DNA of 32,000 nt from Candidatus Scalindua sp. (GCA_031316235.1 JALDRA010000001.1:120001-152000); one strand, 5' to 3'; shown: positions 1 through 10,353, numbered from the stretch's first letter. Numbers and translations: made by a program. Notes: a model not told the origin generated them from the letters alone.

Positions 1-755
1 TCTAATTTATCATAGATAAAATCTTCTACCTCTTCAATGTTGCTTTTTATCAATAATTCTTTATCTTGAGAATGTTTGGCATTAAATGCATCCCTGGCTG
101 ACACTTTAATGATCTTTGGTTCAAAGCCAAAGATCCTGTAAAAGTTTTTCTCGATGAAGGGCAATATTTCATTCGTGTCTTCATCGGTTTTCAGGTCAAT
201 CTTATTGAGTATGACCACCAGTTTTCTCCCCCACTTTCCCTTGAGAAGCTGCAGAAACAACTTTTCACTTTCAGTAAAGGGCCGGTCTGCTGATGTGATA
301 AAAAGAACCAGCTCAGCCCGATGGATAAACCCTTCGGTAATCGCCTGATGCTCAGTGATTATTGAATTTGTTCCAGGTGTATCGACAACGGTAATATCCT
401 TTAGTGCATTAAGAGGATATGTCATCCTGCATTGATGATCATCAACCTCTTCAGAAGAGATATCATCACCATACGTCAGGAGCGTAATTTTGTGTGTGGA
501 AGGAGTCGGTCCTGCGGGTAATATCTTCTGTCCGCAAAGTGCGTTAACGAGGCTGGATTTTCCGGCATTATACTCCCCGGCTACAATGATATAGAGAGGC
601 TCCCTCATCTGAGACGCCATTTCTGCAACCTTTTTTTCTATCGCGACATCTCCAACTCGATAAAAAAACCCTTTCGCTTCTTCGAGGAGATTGATAACGC
701 GGGAGAATCTATCCTCTTTTTCTTCAGTTTTTGCTATTTCCAACATAATATTCAT
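1..755 (-). CDS. Dynamin-family (bacterial dynamin-like) GTPase, N-terminal part; the 3' end runs off the window
   Basis: Absent from the ORF track because it has no stop in the window. My minus-strand translation from the ATG at 755-753 gives MNIMLEIAKTEEKEDRFSRVINLLEEAKGFF...REPLYIIVAGEYNAGKSSLVNALCGQKILP...VVDTPGTNS...LVVILNKIDL. It has a P-loop (GxxxxGKS), DTPG and NKxD motifs in the order typical of dynamin-like GTPases. Confidence 0.8.
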   Translation of the reverse strand, partial: MNIMLEIAKTEEKEDRFSRVINLLEEAKGFFYRVGDVAIEKKVAEMASQMREPLYIIVAGEYNAGKSSLVNALCGQKILPAGPTPSTHKITLLTYGDDISSEEVDDHQCRMTYPLNALKDITVVDTPGTNSIITEHQAITEGFIHRAELVLFITSADRPFTESEKLFLQLLKGKWGRKLVVILNKIDLKTDEDTNEILPFIEKNFYRIFGFEPKIIKVSARDAFNAKHSQDKELLIKSNIEEVEDFIYDKL

Positions 756-925
756 AGTGATTAACAAGCCAGCCACAAATTGGATACCCTGATATGGATC
801 TGTATCTAAACCTCCCTCTCAAAAAGATTATATGCTCTCATATGTATGCGTCAAGCAAATTTTCTCTTCATACTCATTGCAATTGAATCAGGTAATCGGG
901 CAAAGTTCTGCCGCAATAGCTGTAA

Positions 926-1843
926 TTAAAACCCTCCACTTAATTGTTTATATATCGATACCTCCCGCATTGCCTTATCCTTATCTCCCTTATTCCAATA
1001 CGCATAGCCGAGATTATTGTGGGCATCAGGAAATGTGGGATTTATCTCTATCGCCTTGAGAAGTATGGTTATGGCCTCATCAAACATCCCCTTTTCACAA
1101 TAAATCATACCAATGTTACTATACGCTTCAACAAATTTTGAATCAAGCTCTATCACCTTCTGAAATTCCTTTATTGCATCATCATGCATTCCACGTTCAT
1201 AATAAAGAAATCCAAGGTTATTGTAGGCTTCCTTAAAATTCGGGTTAAGTTCTATGGACTTCTTAAGTTCAGAAATTGCTTCATCGTACAATCCCATACC
1301 ATGAAGAACATTTTCAAGTGTGTAGTGAATATCCGGATTATCGGGATCAATATCAAGCGCTGACTTAAGTTCCGCCATGGCCTTTTCAAGAAAACCCAGC
1401 TTGAAATAAGCATGCCCGATGTTCCGATACGCTTCAGCATTTCCGGGTTCAATTTCGAGCACTTTCCGCAGCTCTTCAATACTTTCGTTATACTGCTCCT
1501 GATCAGCGTAGAGAAGTGACAGATTGGTTCGTGCCTCAATAAAATCGGGTTTTATCCTGATAGCCTTTTTATACTCAACGACTGCGTCATTATACCTCCT
1601 TTTCTTAGCATACAGAATACCAAGATTGAAATGCGCATCCGGGTTTTCAGGATTTGTCTCAACTTCTTTATTATAGTGTATAATTTTTTTGTCATCTTCC
1701 TTCATACCATGAGTATGCTTGTCTATATGCTCGGCATACTCTTTATCCAAATGCTCCTGATCTTCATCAGCCGCATAGCTGCAACCCGTAAAACCAAAAG
1801 CAACTACCCAAAACACAAAGATGATACACATACACTTGCTCAT
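926..1843 (-). CDS. TPR-repeat lipoprotein
   Basis: 305-aa ORF. The N-terminal hydrophobic signal ends in FTGC (lipobox-like). It is followed by about 7 consecutive 34-aa TPR units (A..N.G..Y...G.Y.EAI..Y.KA.E..P pattern). Confidence 0.85.
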   Translation of the reverse strand: MSKCMCIIFVFWVVAFGFTGCSYAADEDQEHLDKEYAEHIDKHTHGMKEDDKKIIHYNKEVETNPENPDAHFNLGILYAKKRRYNDAVVEYKKAIRIKPDFIEARTNLSLLYADQEQYNESIEELRKVLEIEPGNAEAYRNIGHAYFKLGFLEKAMAELKSALDIDPDNPDIHYTLENVLHGMGLYDEAISELKKSIELNPNFKEAYNNLGFLYYERGMHDDAIKEFQKVIELDSKFVEAYSNIGMIYCEKGMFDEAITILLKAIEINPTFPDAHNNLGYAYWNKGDKDKAMREVSIYKQLSGGF

Positions 1844-1885
1844 GACTCCCTCTCTTTATTTTCAAAAAACCCTGTTCCGATTGAA

Positions 1886-2055
1886 ATATACTAAAACCGA
1901 TCTGGTTTTAGATTTCTCTGAAAACCAAAGCCTGGTTACTGGTATTCCCGGACAAAAGTCGCCGGGGACTTTCCCCTGACACAAAACGCCAAGGACTTTA
2001 TCTGCTCCGTTTTTTCCCGGATTTTATCCGAAAACCCTTATACGGTGAGTATATT
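1886..2055 (+). repeat. Intergenic hairpin repeat, copy 1 (subfamily B, about 170 bp with an internal partial duplication)
   Basis: It starts ATATACTAAAACCGATCTGGTTTTAGATTTCTCTGAAAACC and ends CCCGGATTTTATCCGAAAACCC..GGTGAGTATAT. The sequence aligns with the copies at 11508 and 26923 (reverse). The CCGGACAAAAG..GGACTTT module is present twice. Confidence 0.85.
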
Positions 2056-2186
2056 CAGTTCCAGCCTTCTGCTGAAGCCGGCTATTTATAAGGTAGAGAC
2101 TCTCTCCATGGAATATTATTCACAACAGGTCCCGCCCCTGTTCAAAGGAAAACACCAGATCATGTAATATTGTTCCGGGGTAACGC

Positions 2187-2915
2187 TCAGTGCCCGCCGC
2201 CCATAATCTTTGCCTGCTCAGCCTTTTTCTCGGCTGACAGCTGCTTGAACAGTTCAAACTCTGCAGAAGCATCCTTTGACATCCCTTTCAAAAGGTAGAC
2301 AACCCCAAGGTTGTTGTGAGGTTGAGGGTATTTCGGGTCAATCGCTACCGCGTTTTTATAAGCCCCTATGGCCTCATCATATTTTTCTTTTTTAAGTAAT
2401 GCTGAACCAATTTCGTCATATGCAATCGCCGAAATAGGGTTTATCTCAATCGCCTTCTGTAATACTTCAAGTGATTCATCATACATTTCATTATACCGGT
2501 AGGCTATTCCAAGATTAATATATCCGCTCGGATCTTCCGGAGCAAGCTCCAGCACCTTTTTATAAGCAGCAATTGCTTCTTCCATCATACCGCGTGTATA
2601 ATATGCACGTCCCAGGTAGTTGTGTGCTTTGATCATTGCCGGGTCTATCTCTATAGCCTTATTCCATGCCTCAAGCGCCAGATCGAAATTACCCTTTTTT
2701 ATGGTATCAATCCCAAAATTATAATAAGCTTCCGCATCGGTGTTACCCAGATCGGGGAGTTTCTCTACTACCGCCACCTTCTCCTCTTCTTGAACAATTT
2801 CGTCGAAAACAGTACTCTCAGTCACCGGTTCATCGTTTCCGCATCCATAGGTCAGCAGTACCAGAATCGCAAGATAGAAAATACGGTAACGTGTTACGCC
2901 ATAAAAATTTTTCAT
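2187..2915 (-). CDS. TPR-repeat lipoprotein (paralogous in type to 926..1843)
   Basis: 242-aa ORF. The signal peptide ends LLTYGCG, followed by about 5 TPR units. It ends in a Lys/Ala-rich tail. Confidence 0.85.
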   Translation of the reverse strand: MKNFYGVTRYRIFYLAILVLLTYGCGNDEPVTESTVFDEIVQEEEKVAVVEKLPDLGNTDAEAYYNFGIDTIKKGNFDLALEAWNKAIEIDPAMIKAHNYLGRAYYTRGMMEEAIAAYKKVLELAPEDPSGYINLGIAYRYNEMYDESLEVLQKAIEINPISAIAYDEIGSALLKKEKYDEAIGAYKNAVAIDPKYPQPHNNLGVVYLLKGMSKDASAEFELFKQLSAEKKAEQAKIMGGGH

Positions 2916-2975
2916 GTAATATCCTTATTATAAGTAAAAACGTAGTAAACAGTTAAAAATAATAATAATGAATTA

Positions 2976-3965
2976 TTATGACATGCGCTGAATCATAAAG
3001 TTTGCAATCTCCCGAAAAACTTCCTTGTTGTGAACGGGGATATCATCAACCACGGATATAGCCTGTTTTGTCAAATCTTCTGCGTGACTCTGTGCACTCT
3101 CCATAGCACCGTATCTTTGGTAAATTTCGAGGACAATTTTTATCTCTTTCTCGGTAGTCGACTCTCTCTCTTTCGCCATGATCTCTGCAAGGATCTCTCT
3201 ATCATCGTTGTTTGCGGCTTCATATGCATACGCATATAAGAAGCTGGCCTTTCCCTCTTTTATATCAGAACCGATTACGCCTCCCCGCCCCTTGCCCTTT
3301 GTCAAATCGATCAGGTCATCCTTAATCTGGAAAGCAGGCCCCATAAGTCTGCCCAGCTTCCAGATCTTATCAATTACTTCTTCAGAACACCCAGAAACTA
3401 TTGAACCGCCTACCATGCCGCAGGCAAGATAAAATCCAGTTTTTAATTCTACCATATCGAGATATCTCTTCACGCTAAAATCTCTGGCTGCTCTCGCATT
3501 AATGTCCAATGCCTGCCCCTGCACGGTCTTTTCATATGTCAAAGTAAAAATTTCCAGGAGTTTCATCTTTTTATCGAGCGATACCGGACTCGCAAGAACA
3601 CTTTGATATGCACGGGCAAGCAGATAGTCTCCGGCATTAACAGCATTAGCAATCCCATACTTAACCCACACCGTCGGTTGATCACGCCTCATCGTATCAC
3701 CATCCTCAATATCATCATGGAGGAGAAACATGTTATGCAGAATTTCTATTGCCAGAGCAAAATGCAATGCATCATCTGGATTGCCGCCTAATTCTTCACA
3801 CGTAATAAGACAGATGGCAGGCCTGATGCGTTTTCCTCCGGTACGAAGATGGTGCCAGATAGGCTCACTCAGATTATCATCCCTCTCAGGAGGAATGAAT
3901 TCCCTCAACAGGTTATCTATTTTTTTCCCGTAAGACCGAATAGATTCTTCTATGCTTATCTTCAT
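2976..3965 (-). CDS. trans-Polyprenyl diphosphate synthase (FPP/GGPP-synthase family)
   Basis: It has both Asp-rich motifs: LLHDDIEDGD (first DDxxD) and FQIKDDLID (second DDxxD). I place the start at M14 of the tracked ORF (MKISIEES, ATG 3965-3963). The extra 13 codons up to 4004 abut the truncated repeat copy at 4006-4056. Confidence 0.85.
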   Translation of the reverse strand: MKISIEESIRSYGKKIDNLLREFIPPERDDNLSEPIWHHLRTGGKRIRPAICLITCEELGGNPDDALHFALAIEILHNMFLLHDDIEDGDTMRRDQPTVWVKYGIANAVNAGDYLLARAYQSVLASPVSLDKKMKLLEIFTLTYEKTVQGQALDINARAARDFSVKRYLDMVELKTGFYLACGMVGGSIVSGCSEEVIDKIWKLGRLMGPAFQIKDDLIDLTKGKGRGGVIGSDIKEGKASFLYAYAYEAANNDDREILAEIMAKERESTTEKEIKIVLEIYQRYGAMESAQSHAEDLTKQAISVVDDIPVHNKEVFREIANFMIQRMS

Positions 3966-4005
3966 GTATAACACATTCATGTATGGGCAATGTCCCCATT
4001 GCACA

Positions 4006-4056
4006 TTGATTTCTGGTTTCCGGTAAAACCGAAAACCAAATCGGTTTTAGTATATC
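4006..4056 (-). repeat. Intergenic hairpin repeat, copy 2 (truncated; hairpin end only, subfamily A)
   Basis: TTGATTTCTGGTTTCCGGTAAAACCGAAAACCAAATCGGTTTTAGTATATC matches the last ~50 nt of the copies at 20796-20935 and 23509-23653. Confidence 0.8.
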
Positions 4057-4075
4057 AACATCACGGGTAAGGGTA

Positions 4076-4642
4076 TCATGCTCTCCCCAGAAAGAGTCCG
4101 GTACGTGTGTCTACCTTGATAAGTTCTCCTGAGTTTATGAACATGGGAACTTTTACAACATATCCCGTTTCCAGTGTTGCCGGTTTAAATACATTGGTAA
4201 CGGTATCACCTTTTACCCCGGGATCTGTCTCAATGATCTTCAGAGTAACCGATGCCGGCAATTCAACACTTACAGGATTCTCCTCATAAAAGGAAACGTC
4301 AACTTTTGAATTTTCAGACACATATGGCATCTGTTCTCCAATAACTTCCTTTGAAAGAAGAATCTGGTCAAAGGTTTCTGTGTCCATGAAGCAGTAACTG
4401 TCTCCGTCCTGGTACAGATACTCCATCTCTTTATGCTCAAGAAAAACGTCATCAACCTTGTCTGTAGACCTGAAGCGTTTTTGAATTACATTTCCCAGCT
4501 TCAGGCTTTTTATGCTCACCTGCATATGTGCACGCCCTTTGCCCGGCTTGACATGTTGAAAATCGGATACCGAATACAGCTCTCCGTCAACATTGACAAT
4601 GAGTCCTTTTCTAATATCAGTTGCATTTATCAATTTCCTCAC
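4076..4642 (-). CDS. efp: Translation elongation factor P
   Basis: 188 aa. The sequence contains IRKGLIVNVDGELYSVSDFQHVKPGKGRAHMQVSIKSL with the conserved KPGKG loop. Length and three-domain layout are typical of EF-P. Confidence 0.95.
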   Translation of the reverse strand: MRKLINATDIRKGLIVNVDGELYSVSDFQHVKPGKGRAHMQVSIKSLKLGNVIQKRFRSTDKVDDVFLEHKEMEYLYQDGDSYCFMDTETFDQILLSKEVIGEQMPYVSENSKVDVSFYEENPVSVELPASVTLKIIETDPGVKGDTVTNVFKPATLETGYVVKVPMFINSGELIKVDTRTGLFLGRA

Positions 4643-4738
4643 TCCTTTACTAAATCTGTTCCCTCAGGATATTCACAAATTCCCGAATCAGCTAATTCTG
4701 CTTTCCTGCCAGTGGACCCGGCACGCTCTAACCCACGG

Positions 4739-5953
4739 TTACACAAACTCCATCATCACCGAATCAGCCAGCGTAATCCCCCTTGGCGTCAGCCTCACCC
4801 TTTTGTCCTCAAGAGTGATCAGATCCGCTTGTACAAGGCGGTTTACCTGTTGCCCGAAAAGATCCATGACATCAAAACCTGACCTTTCAACAAACTCTTT
4901 TCTTGAAATTCCACGTGTCATTCTCAGGGCCATAATGAGAATCTCTGATGCCCGTCTTTGCCGGGAAAGTTTCTCAGAAAAGCTGATCAGGCCGCTTTGA
5001 GAAAAAACAGCCGAGACATACTCTTTTACGTCACGTATATTACAGAACCGTTCCCCGTTAAGGTAGGAAAATGCACCGGCACCAATACCCACATATTCCC
5101 TGTTCTTCCAATAGGTGATGTTGTGGAGACACTCCCTTCCTTTTCTTGCATAATTTGATATTTCATAATGCAGAAATCCGTCCTGCTCAAGTGTATCCTT
5201 CAGGCATTCATACATCAGCAATTCCTCTTCCTCGGGAAGTCTGCTCAGAATACCCGAATCGATTAATCTGAGAAGTGGTGTCCCCTCCTCATACGAAAGA
5301 CAGTACGCTGAAATATGGTCAGGTTCCAATCTTAACAACTCTTTCAAGTCCGATTTCCATTCACCAAGGGTCTGCCCGGGATACCCGTAGATAAGGTCAA
5401 TGTTAATGTTGCTGAATCCGCTCTCTCTGAGACGAAAAAAAGTCTCTTTTGCCCTTTCAGCAGTATGGATTCTCTCAAGCATCTTCAGATAGATATCATG
5501 AAATGTCTGGATACCAAGGCTGATCCGATTAATATGGCTTCTCTTTACTATCTCCCTCTTTCTATCGTTTAACGTCCCCGGATTTACTTCGATTGAGTAT
5601 TCAACAGGCTTCGAATCATCAGTATATTCAGATATAATATGAAGTAATCTTTCCAGTTGAGTTTCATGCAAAACAGTCGGGGTACCACCACCGATGAAAA
5701 TTGTCCTGAAAGTATATCCTTTGACTCTCGACCGAAGCTCGTACTCAACTGCCCCAAGGTATTCTTCCACCATTCCCGATTGTATCCTGATCGAATTAAA
5801 ATCACAGTATACACATTTCTTTACACAAAAGGGAATATGAATATATAATGCTTGAGAATTGTTTTCCACACTCATCGATTTTCGTGAACAGTGATCGTCT
5901 ACAGGCATGAACTCAAGAGTCACATCAAGGGAGAAATGAGACTCTTTTCGCAC
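4739..5953 (-). CDS. hemW: Radical SAM HemN/HemW-family protein (heme chaperone / oxygen-independent coproporphyrinogen oxidase-like)
   Basis: It has YIHIPFCVKKCVYCDF (CxxxCxxC radical-SAM cluster motif), GGGTP, and a HemN_C-like C-terminus. The true start may be M27 (5875), which would give about 378 aa, the usual HemW length. Confidence 0.85.
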   Translation of the reverse strand: MRKESHFSLDVTLEFMPVDDHCSRKSMSVENNSQALYIHIPFCVKKCVYCDFNSIRIQSGMVEEYLGAVEYELRSRVKGYTFRTIFIGGGTPTVLHETQLERLLHIISEYTDDSKPVEYSIEVNPGTLNDRKREIVKRSHINRISLGIQTFHDIYLKMLERIHTAERAKETFFRLRESGFSNINIDLIYGYPGQTLGEWKSDLKELLRLEPDHISAYCLSYEEGTPLLRLIDSGILSRLPEEEELLMYECLKDTLEQDGFLHYEISNYARKGRECLHNITYWKNREYVGIGAGAFSYLNGERFCNIRDVKEYVSAVFSQSGLISFSEKLSRQRRASEILIMALRMTRGISRKEFVERSGFDVMDLFGQQVNRLVQADLITLEDKRVRLTPRGITLADSVMMEFV

Positions 5954-6147
5954 AAACGGGATTTCGGTGTTAACGTTGTGTCCGGTATCAGTTTTTCAGC
6001 CTACGGCAGGGTAATTCAATGCACGGGGATCCTGAAATCATGGTCTGGGCAGAGCAACACACCCGGCTGAACGGAAAAACTGATCTTACGGGCAGGACCT
6101 GCCCCTTCTTCCCCTTTCATAAAAACCGGAATGAACTCCAGTACAAT

Positions 6148-6804
6148 CTAATTGTTATCGTAATCTTTTCGTACCAATGGGACAAAAACACACCCAAAGA
6201 GCTGTTCCGTTTTCAACCCCTCCTCTGTTTTCGTTGCTCTAACCAGTACCTGCCGTTCCGCAGTACCTATTGGTATAATAATCTTTCCTTTTCCCGACAA
6301 CTGTTCAATCAGTGGTACAGGGATGTCAAATGTAGCAGCAGTGACGATTATACCGGCAAAGGGAGCCTCCGCTGGAAAACCAAGGTTTCCATCTGCAACG
6401 CGCAGGTGCACCCTGTCGCCATAGCCAAGTTCATTCAAAAGTACCATTGCCTTTTGCGCCAGTTCCGGCCTGATTTCTACGGTGTATATGTTTTCCAATA
6501 GTTCAGCCAGCACCGCAGTCTGGTAACCAGAACCTGTTCCGATCTCAAGGATTTTATCTTCTCTTTCAAGGGCAAGAGCCTCTACCATATAGGCGACCAT
6601 ATAGGGTTGAGAAATTGTCTGTCCCGCATCAATTGGCAAAGGAGTGTCCTCGTACGCCCTGTCCCGGAGATCTACGGGTACGAAGCGATGCCGTGGAACT
6701 TTACTCATAGCCGTAAGGACTTCTTCATTGACTATCCCTCTGGCAGCCAATTGACGCTGCACCATCTGCCTGCGTCTTTCATCATATACCGTATCTGGCA
6801 ACAT
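6148..6804 (-). CDS. pcm: Protein-L-isoaspartate O-methyltransferase
   Basis: 218 aa. It has GQTISQP, the SAM motif LEIGTGSGYQTA, and DG..G.....PF..I.VTAA. Confidence 0.9.
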   Translation of the reverse strand: MLPDTVYDERRRQMVQRQLAARGIVNEEVLTAMSKVPRHRFVPVDLRDRAYEDTPLPIDAGQTISQPYMVAYMVEALALEREDKILEIGTGSGYQTAVLAELLENIYTVEIRPELAQKAMVLLNELGYGDRVHLRVADGNLGFPAEAPFAGIIVTAATFDIPVPLIEQLSGKGKIIIPIGTAERQVLVRATKTEEGLKTEQLFGCVFVPLVRKDYDNN

Positions 6805-6844
6805 AGTTCTCTTTCACCGTTAAGGTCCGAGTAAATCCTGAGAC

Positions 6845-7564
6845 TCAGAATGTTGAATGTTTTACTGTCTCTCTGCTCAGTTCGCGACTCATGATCTCCC
6901 TGTAATACCTCAGTCTTGTTACGGGGTTATCTAATCTGCCACCAAAACGTTTTGATGAATCATTATAGATAAGCCTGACGGGTATCTCCCTGATAAGAAG
7001 GCCCAATCTCCACGCCTGTATCCATAACTGAAGAGGCATACCGTAGCTGTATTCGGTAAGATTCATTTTTTTCAGCACGTCTACTTTGTATGCCTTAAAC
7101 CCGCAAAAGGAATCGGTCAAACGGAGATTTGTTATTGTGTTCAATTCCTCAGTTATTTCCCTGTTTATCGCATACCTGTCAGGAGGTACCTGGCTGTATC
7201 CATTCGAATTGAGATATCTCGATCCGGAAACAATATCGTAGTTTGGAATCTGATCGAGAAAAGCGGGTATTTCGTCCGGCAGATGCTGCCCGTCACAATC
7301 CATTGTAATCAGATACTCATATCCATTCACAATTCCATAGTTAAACGCATCAATTATGGTATACCCATATCCCAGGTTTCTCGCATGGGTAATCAGCTTG
7401 ATACCATCGATCTCTGCCAGACATTTCTGAGTACCATCAGTAGATCCATCGTCTATTACGAGAATGTCTAAATTATACTCCTTTATCTGTGATATTAAGT
7501 CGTTAACATATTTTTTCTCGTTGAAAGCAGGCAGCGTAATCAGTGTATTCATTTTTACGTTCAT
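6845..7564 (-). CDS. Family-2 glycosyltransferase (polyprenol-phosphate sugar transferase-like)
   Basis: 239 aa. The sequence has LPAFNE...VIDDGSTDGT...MDCDGQH (DxD-type motif), the pattern of GT2 / Dpm1-like enzymes. Confidence 0.8.
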   Translation of the reverse strand: MNVKMNTLITLPAFNEKKYVNDLISQIKEYNLDILVIDDGSTDGTQKCLAEIDGIKLITHARNLGYGYTIIDAFNYGIVNGYEYLITMDCDGQHLPDEIPAFLDQIPNYDIVSGSRYLNSNGYSQVPPDRYAINREITEELNTITNLRLTDSFCGFKAYKVDVLKKMNLTEYSYGMPLQLWIQAWRLGLLIREIPVRLIYNDSSKRFGGRLDNPVTRLRYYREIMSRELSRETVKHSTF

Positions 7565-7664
7565 TTATTCTACAATAGTTCTACACAAATAAATCCATCT
7601 CTTTAATTGCTTTAATCTAATAGGGTTGAGAGTTTAAATCAAGAGAAATATATGATTATTTTCC

Positions 7665-7693
7665 TTGACAATTTATAAACACCATGATAAAAG
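7665..7693 (+). promoter_or_regulatory. Candidate sigma70-type promoter upstream of hflX
   Basis: Perfect -35 TTGACA (7665-7670), a 17-nt spacer ending in TGA (extended -10-like), and -10 TAAAAG (7688-7693). It lies about 140 nt upstream of the hflX ATG. This is a motif match only. Confidence 0.3.
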
Positions 7694-7832
7694 CATCTTT
7701 GATCCAGGTGATAGTGTAACACATGAATATGTATTTTAACATACGAAAATTCATCCTTTTTTTGGAGAGAAACAGTTGGCTTCCAGAGAGATGGACTCTT
7801 CATGGAAGTGTGCGGAAAATAACTATTAACGT

Positions 7833-9122
7833 ATGGTAGAACCGAAAAGAACCGTCTTATCAGTGCGGGCAGAACGCGCTATTTTGCTCCATACAAGCCT
7901 CAAGAAAGGAAATGATTACAAAACACACCTCGCAGAACTGACAAACCTTGCAACTACAGCCGGCGCACACGTAGTGGACACCCTTATACAGAGACGATAC
8001 AGAATTGATCCCTATTATTACGTAGGAAAGGGAAAGGCAAAACAACTTGCCAGTCTGTGCAAGGATAAGAGCGCTGATGTCGTAATTTGTGATGATGATC
8101 TCGCCCCTGCACAAGTTCGGAATTTAGAAGAAATAATCGATACTAAAGTGATTGATAGAAGTGAGTTAATTCTCGATATCTTTGCAACCAGGGCAGAAAC
8201 CGCTCAGGCGAAACTGCAGGTGGAGCTTGCGCAGCTGGAATATACAAAACCCCGGTTAAAGCGGATGTGGACCCATCTTTCGCGTATCGAGGGAGGTATA
8301 GGAACACGAGGGCCCGGCGAAAAGCAGCTGGAGGTAGACCGCAGGATCATATCAAATAAAATCATTGCCTTGAAAAAAAAACTACGCCAGATTGAGCAGC
8401 GCAGGGCAAGCCAGGTAAAATCAAGAAAAGAGTTAACGAAGGTTTCTCTCGTGGGATACACAAATGCCGGCAAATCAACACTCATGAACAGATTAACCGA
8501 TGCCGGGGTATTTGTAGAAGATAAACTTTTTGCAACCCTTGATACCAAAACAAGCCTGTGTCAATTGGGTGATGGTAATACGGTTGTCTTAAGCGATACC
8601 GTGGGATTTATCAGGAAACTCCCTCACCATCTGATCGCTTCATTCCTTGCCACGCTTGAAGAGGTTCGATGGGCAGACTTTCTGTTGCATGTCGTTGACA
8701 TCAGTGCGCCTGACGCAATCGAGCAGGTTAACGCCGTTTATCAAGTCCTCAGGGAGCTTGGAAGTGACAAAAAACCGGTAATCACCATCCTTAACAAGGT
8801 CGATGCATCGAGAGACACATCAATAATCAGCTACTTTCAAAGCAAATACGAAAATACGGTAACTATTTCTGCACTCTCAGGAGAGGGACTGGAAAAACTC
8901 AAAAAAGAGATTGTCCGTTTTGCAAATAAGAAACGTAAGGAGATCAAACTGATCTGCAATGCCAGTAATGGAAAATTACAGGCCTACGTACACCGTAACT
9001 GCAGGGTGCTTAATCGAACATTTGAAGATTCATTCGTTCACTTTCATATCCTGATTGATGAAAAAAACCTTTCCGGTTTATACGAACTGGGAGGAAACGA
9101 TGTCTCTATCCAATACATGTGA
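7833..9122 (+). CDS. hflX: GTPase HflX
   Basis: 429 aa. It has the HflX N-terminal domain pattern and a coiled linker (AKLQVELAQLEY..RL). G-domain motifs are GYTNAGKSTLMNRLT, DTVGFI and NKVD. Confidence 0.9.
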   Translation: MVEPKRTVLSVRAERAILLHTSLKKGNDYKTHLAELTNLATTAGAHVVDTLIQRRYRIDPYYYVGKGKAKQLASLCKDKSADVVICDDDLAPAQVRNLEEIIDTKVIDRSELILDIFATRAETAQAKLQVELAQLEYTKPRLKRMWTHLSRIEGGIGTRGPGEKQLEVDRRIISNKIIALKKKLRQIEQRRASQVKSRKELTKVSLVGYTNAGKSTLMNRLTDAGVFVEDKLFATLDTKTSLCQLGDGNTVVLSDTVGFIRKLPHHLIASFLATLEEVRWADFLLHVVDISAPDAIEQVNAVYQVLRELGSDKKPVITILNKVDASRDTSIISYFQSKYENTVTISALSGEGLEKLKKEIVRFANKKRKEIKLICNASNGKLQAYVHRNCRVLNRTFEDSFVHFHILIDEKNLSGLYELGGNDVSIQYM

Positions 9123-9145
9123 GAGGTGCTCTCACAATAGCTGCT

Positions 9146-10024
9146 TCACGATTTCGTTCCTCCGAAATTCCTGCCCCTCCCCTTCCGCTTAACCCTCCCA
9201 ATGAAAAAAAGTGTCACCGTGACGACAAAGACCAGGGCACTGATATTCTGGGAGATTGTCAAACCGTCAAAGAGAGGCGGATTGTCATCCCTTAAGATCT
9301 CCATACAAAAACGCAATACAGAATACAACATGCAGAAGATAATCAATATTTCACCATCTCTTTTACGATATTTGAAAAAAGCATTTGCCATGAAAAAGAT
9401 CGCAAGATTACCCAGTGATGAATAAATCTGTGTTGGATGAACAGGCAGGGAATATCCATCTGAGATAGTTATCAACCCCTTTTCCAGATGGTCAACAAAT
9501 GCAGGACTTCCATCGATCATATTATTCACATCGACACTCTTCGGGAAACTGACAGCCCACCACAGATCAGGATCACAGATGTCACCCCAACAACATCCAT
9601 TAAGAAAACAGCCTATCCGACCAAAGAACAATCCCATTGCAATGGAAGGAGCAATTATGTCAAAAGTAAGCAACAACGGCAGTTTCCTTAACCTTACAAT
9701 AACTATTAAGGTAATTGTAGCAGCCAGCAATCCACCATAAAACACCAACCCGCCATGATAAATCTTCAAGATGTCCACCAAATTGTCTCTATACAGGTCA
9801 AAATTCTGCACTACATAAAACAATCTCCCCCCCGCAATACCAGCAAAAATCAAGTAGATTCCCAAATCTGAGATATGTTCCGGTTTAATCCCTTCCCGTT
9901 TTGCTCTCATGCGTGCAGCGTAAAGTGCAGCAAGAAACCCAATCATAAGCATAAAACCGTATGCGTATACGGGAATGGTCTTCCCAATAAAGGGTATCGG
10001 TATCTGAAACAGGGTCCTAAGCAT
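9146..10024 (-). CDS. lgt: Prolipoprotein diacylglyceryl transferase
   Basis: 292-aa polytopic membrane protein. It has YGFMLMIGF, GGRLFYV, GGLVFYGG, GR.GCF.NGCC.G and HPTQIYS motifs characteristic of Lgt. Confidence 0.9.
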   Translation of the reverse strand: MLRTLFQIPIPFIGKTIPVYAYGFMLMIGFLAALYAARMRAKREGIKPEHISDLGIYLIFAGIAGGRLFYVVQNFDLYRDNLVDILKIYHGGLVFYGGLLAATITLIVIVRLRKLPLLLTFDIIAPSIAMGLFFGRIGCFLNGCCWGDICDPDLWWAVSFPKSVDVNNMIDGSPAFVDHLEKGLITISDGYSLPVHPTQIYSSLGNLAIFFMANAFFKYRKRDGEILIIFCMLYSVLRFCMEILRDDNPPLFDGLTISQNISALVFVVTVTLFFIGRVKRKGRGRNFGGTKS

Positions 10025-10353
10025 GAGTACTCAGCTCCTTCACACGTACAAACGTACCGTTCCCGCACGAAAAGTGCTCAGAAAGGGGGTAGAGTCGATT
10101 CGCTGATTTTCTGATTTTACTTCGTAAGATAAAGATCATATCAATTTTTCTTTCATTTAAATTGACTTCATGTCTCCCTATTCCCCTACAGTGGCAGAAC
10201 AGAAACCCTGTGGTTAAACGAAAGCTGCCCGGATACCAGGCACGCTCTTATTTCGTAACCGGAACGTAATAAGGTACTTGAAGATCATGGAATTATTCCC
10301 ACAACGAAGGAGAAGGGCAGTTTTCGTTCAGCCACATATTGAGAGTCCCGATA

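Noticed and set aside
3966-4004. 5' extensions of tracked ORFs: 2976..4004, 15682..16926, 23696..23797, 26584..26655 and 28599..29180.
   Set aside because: In each case an internal Met gives a family-typical N-terminus. Where I checked (16812 and 26656), the internal Met also has a better Shine-Dalgarno. The 4004 extension abuts a repeat copy. The upstream codons were treated as non-coding.
6091-6105. GGGCAGGACCTGCCC palindrome after pcm as a possible terminator.
   Set aside because: The effective stem is only about 5 bp, and on the pcm strand the T-run is 9 nt away from the stem. This is too weak to call.
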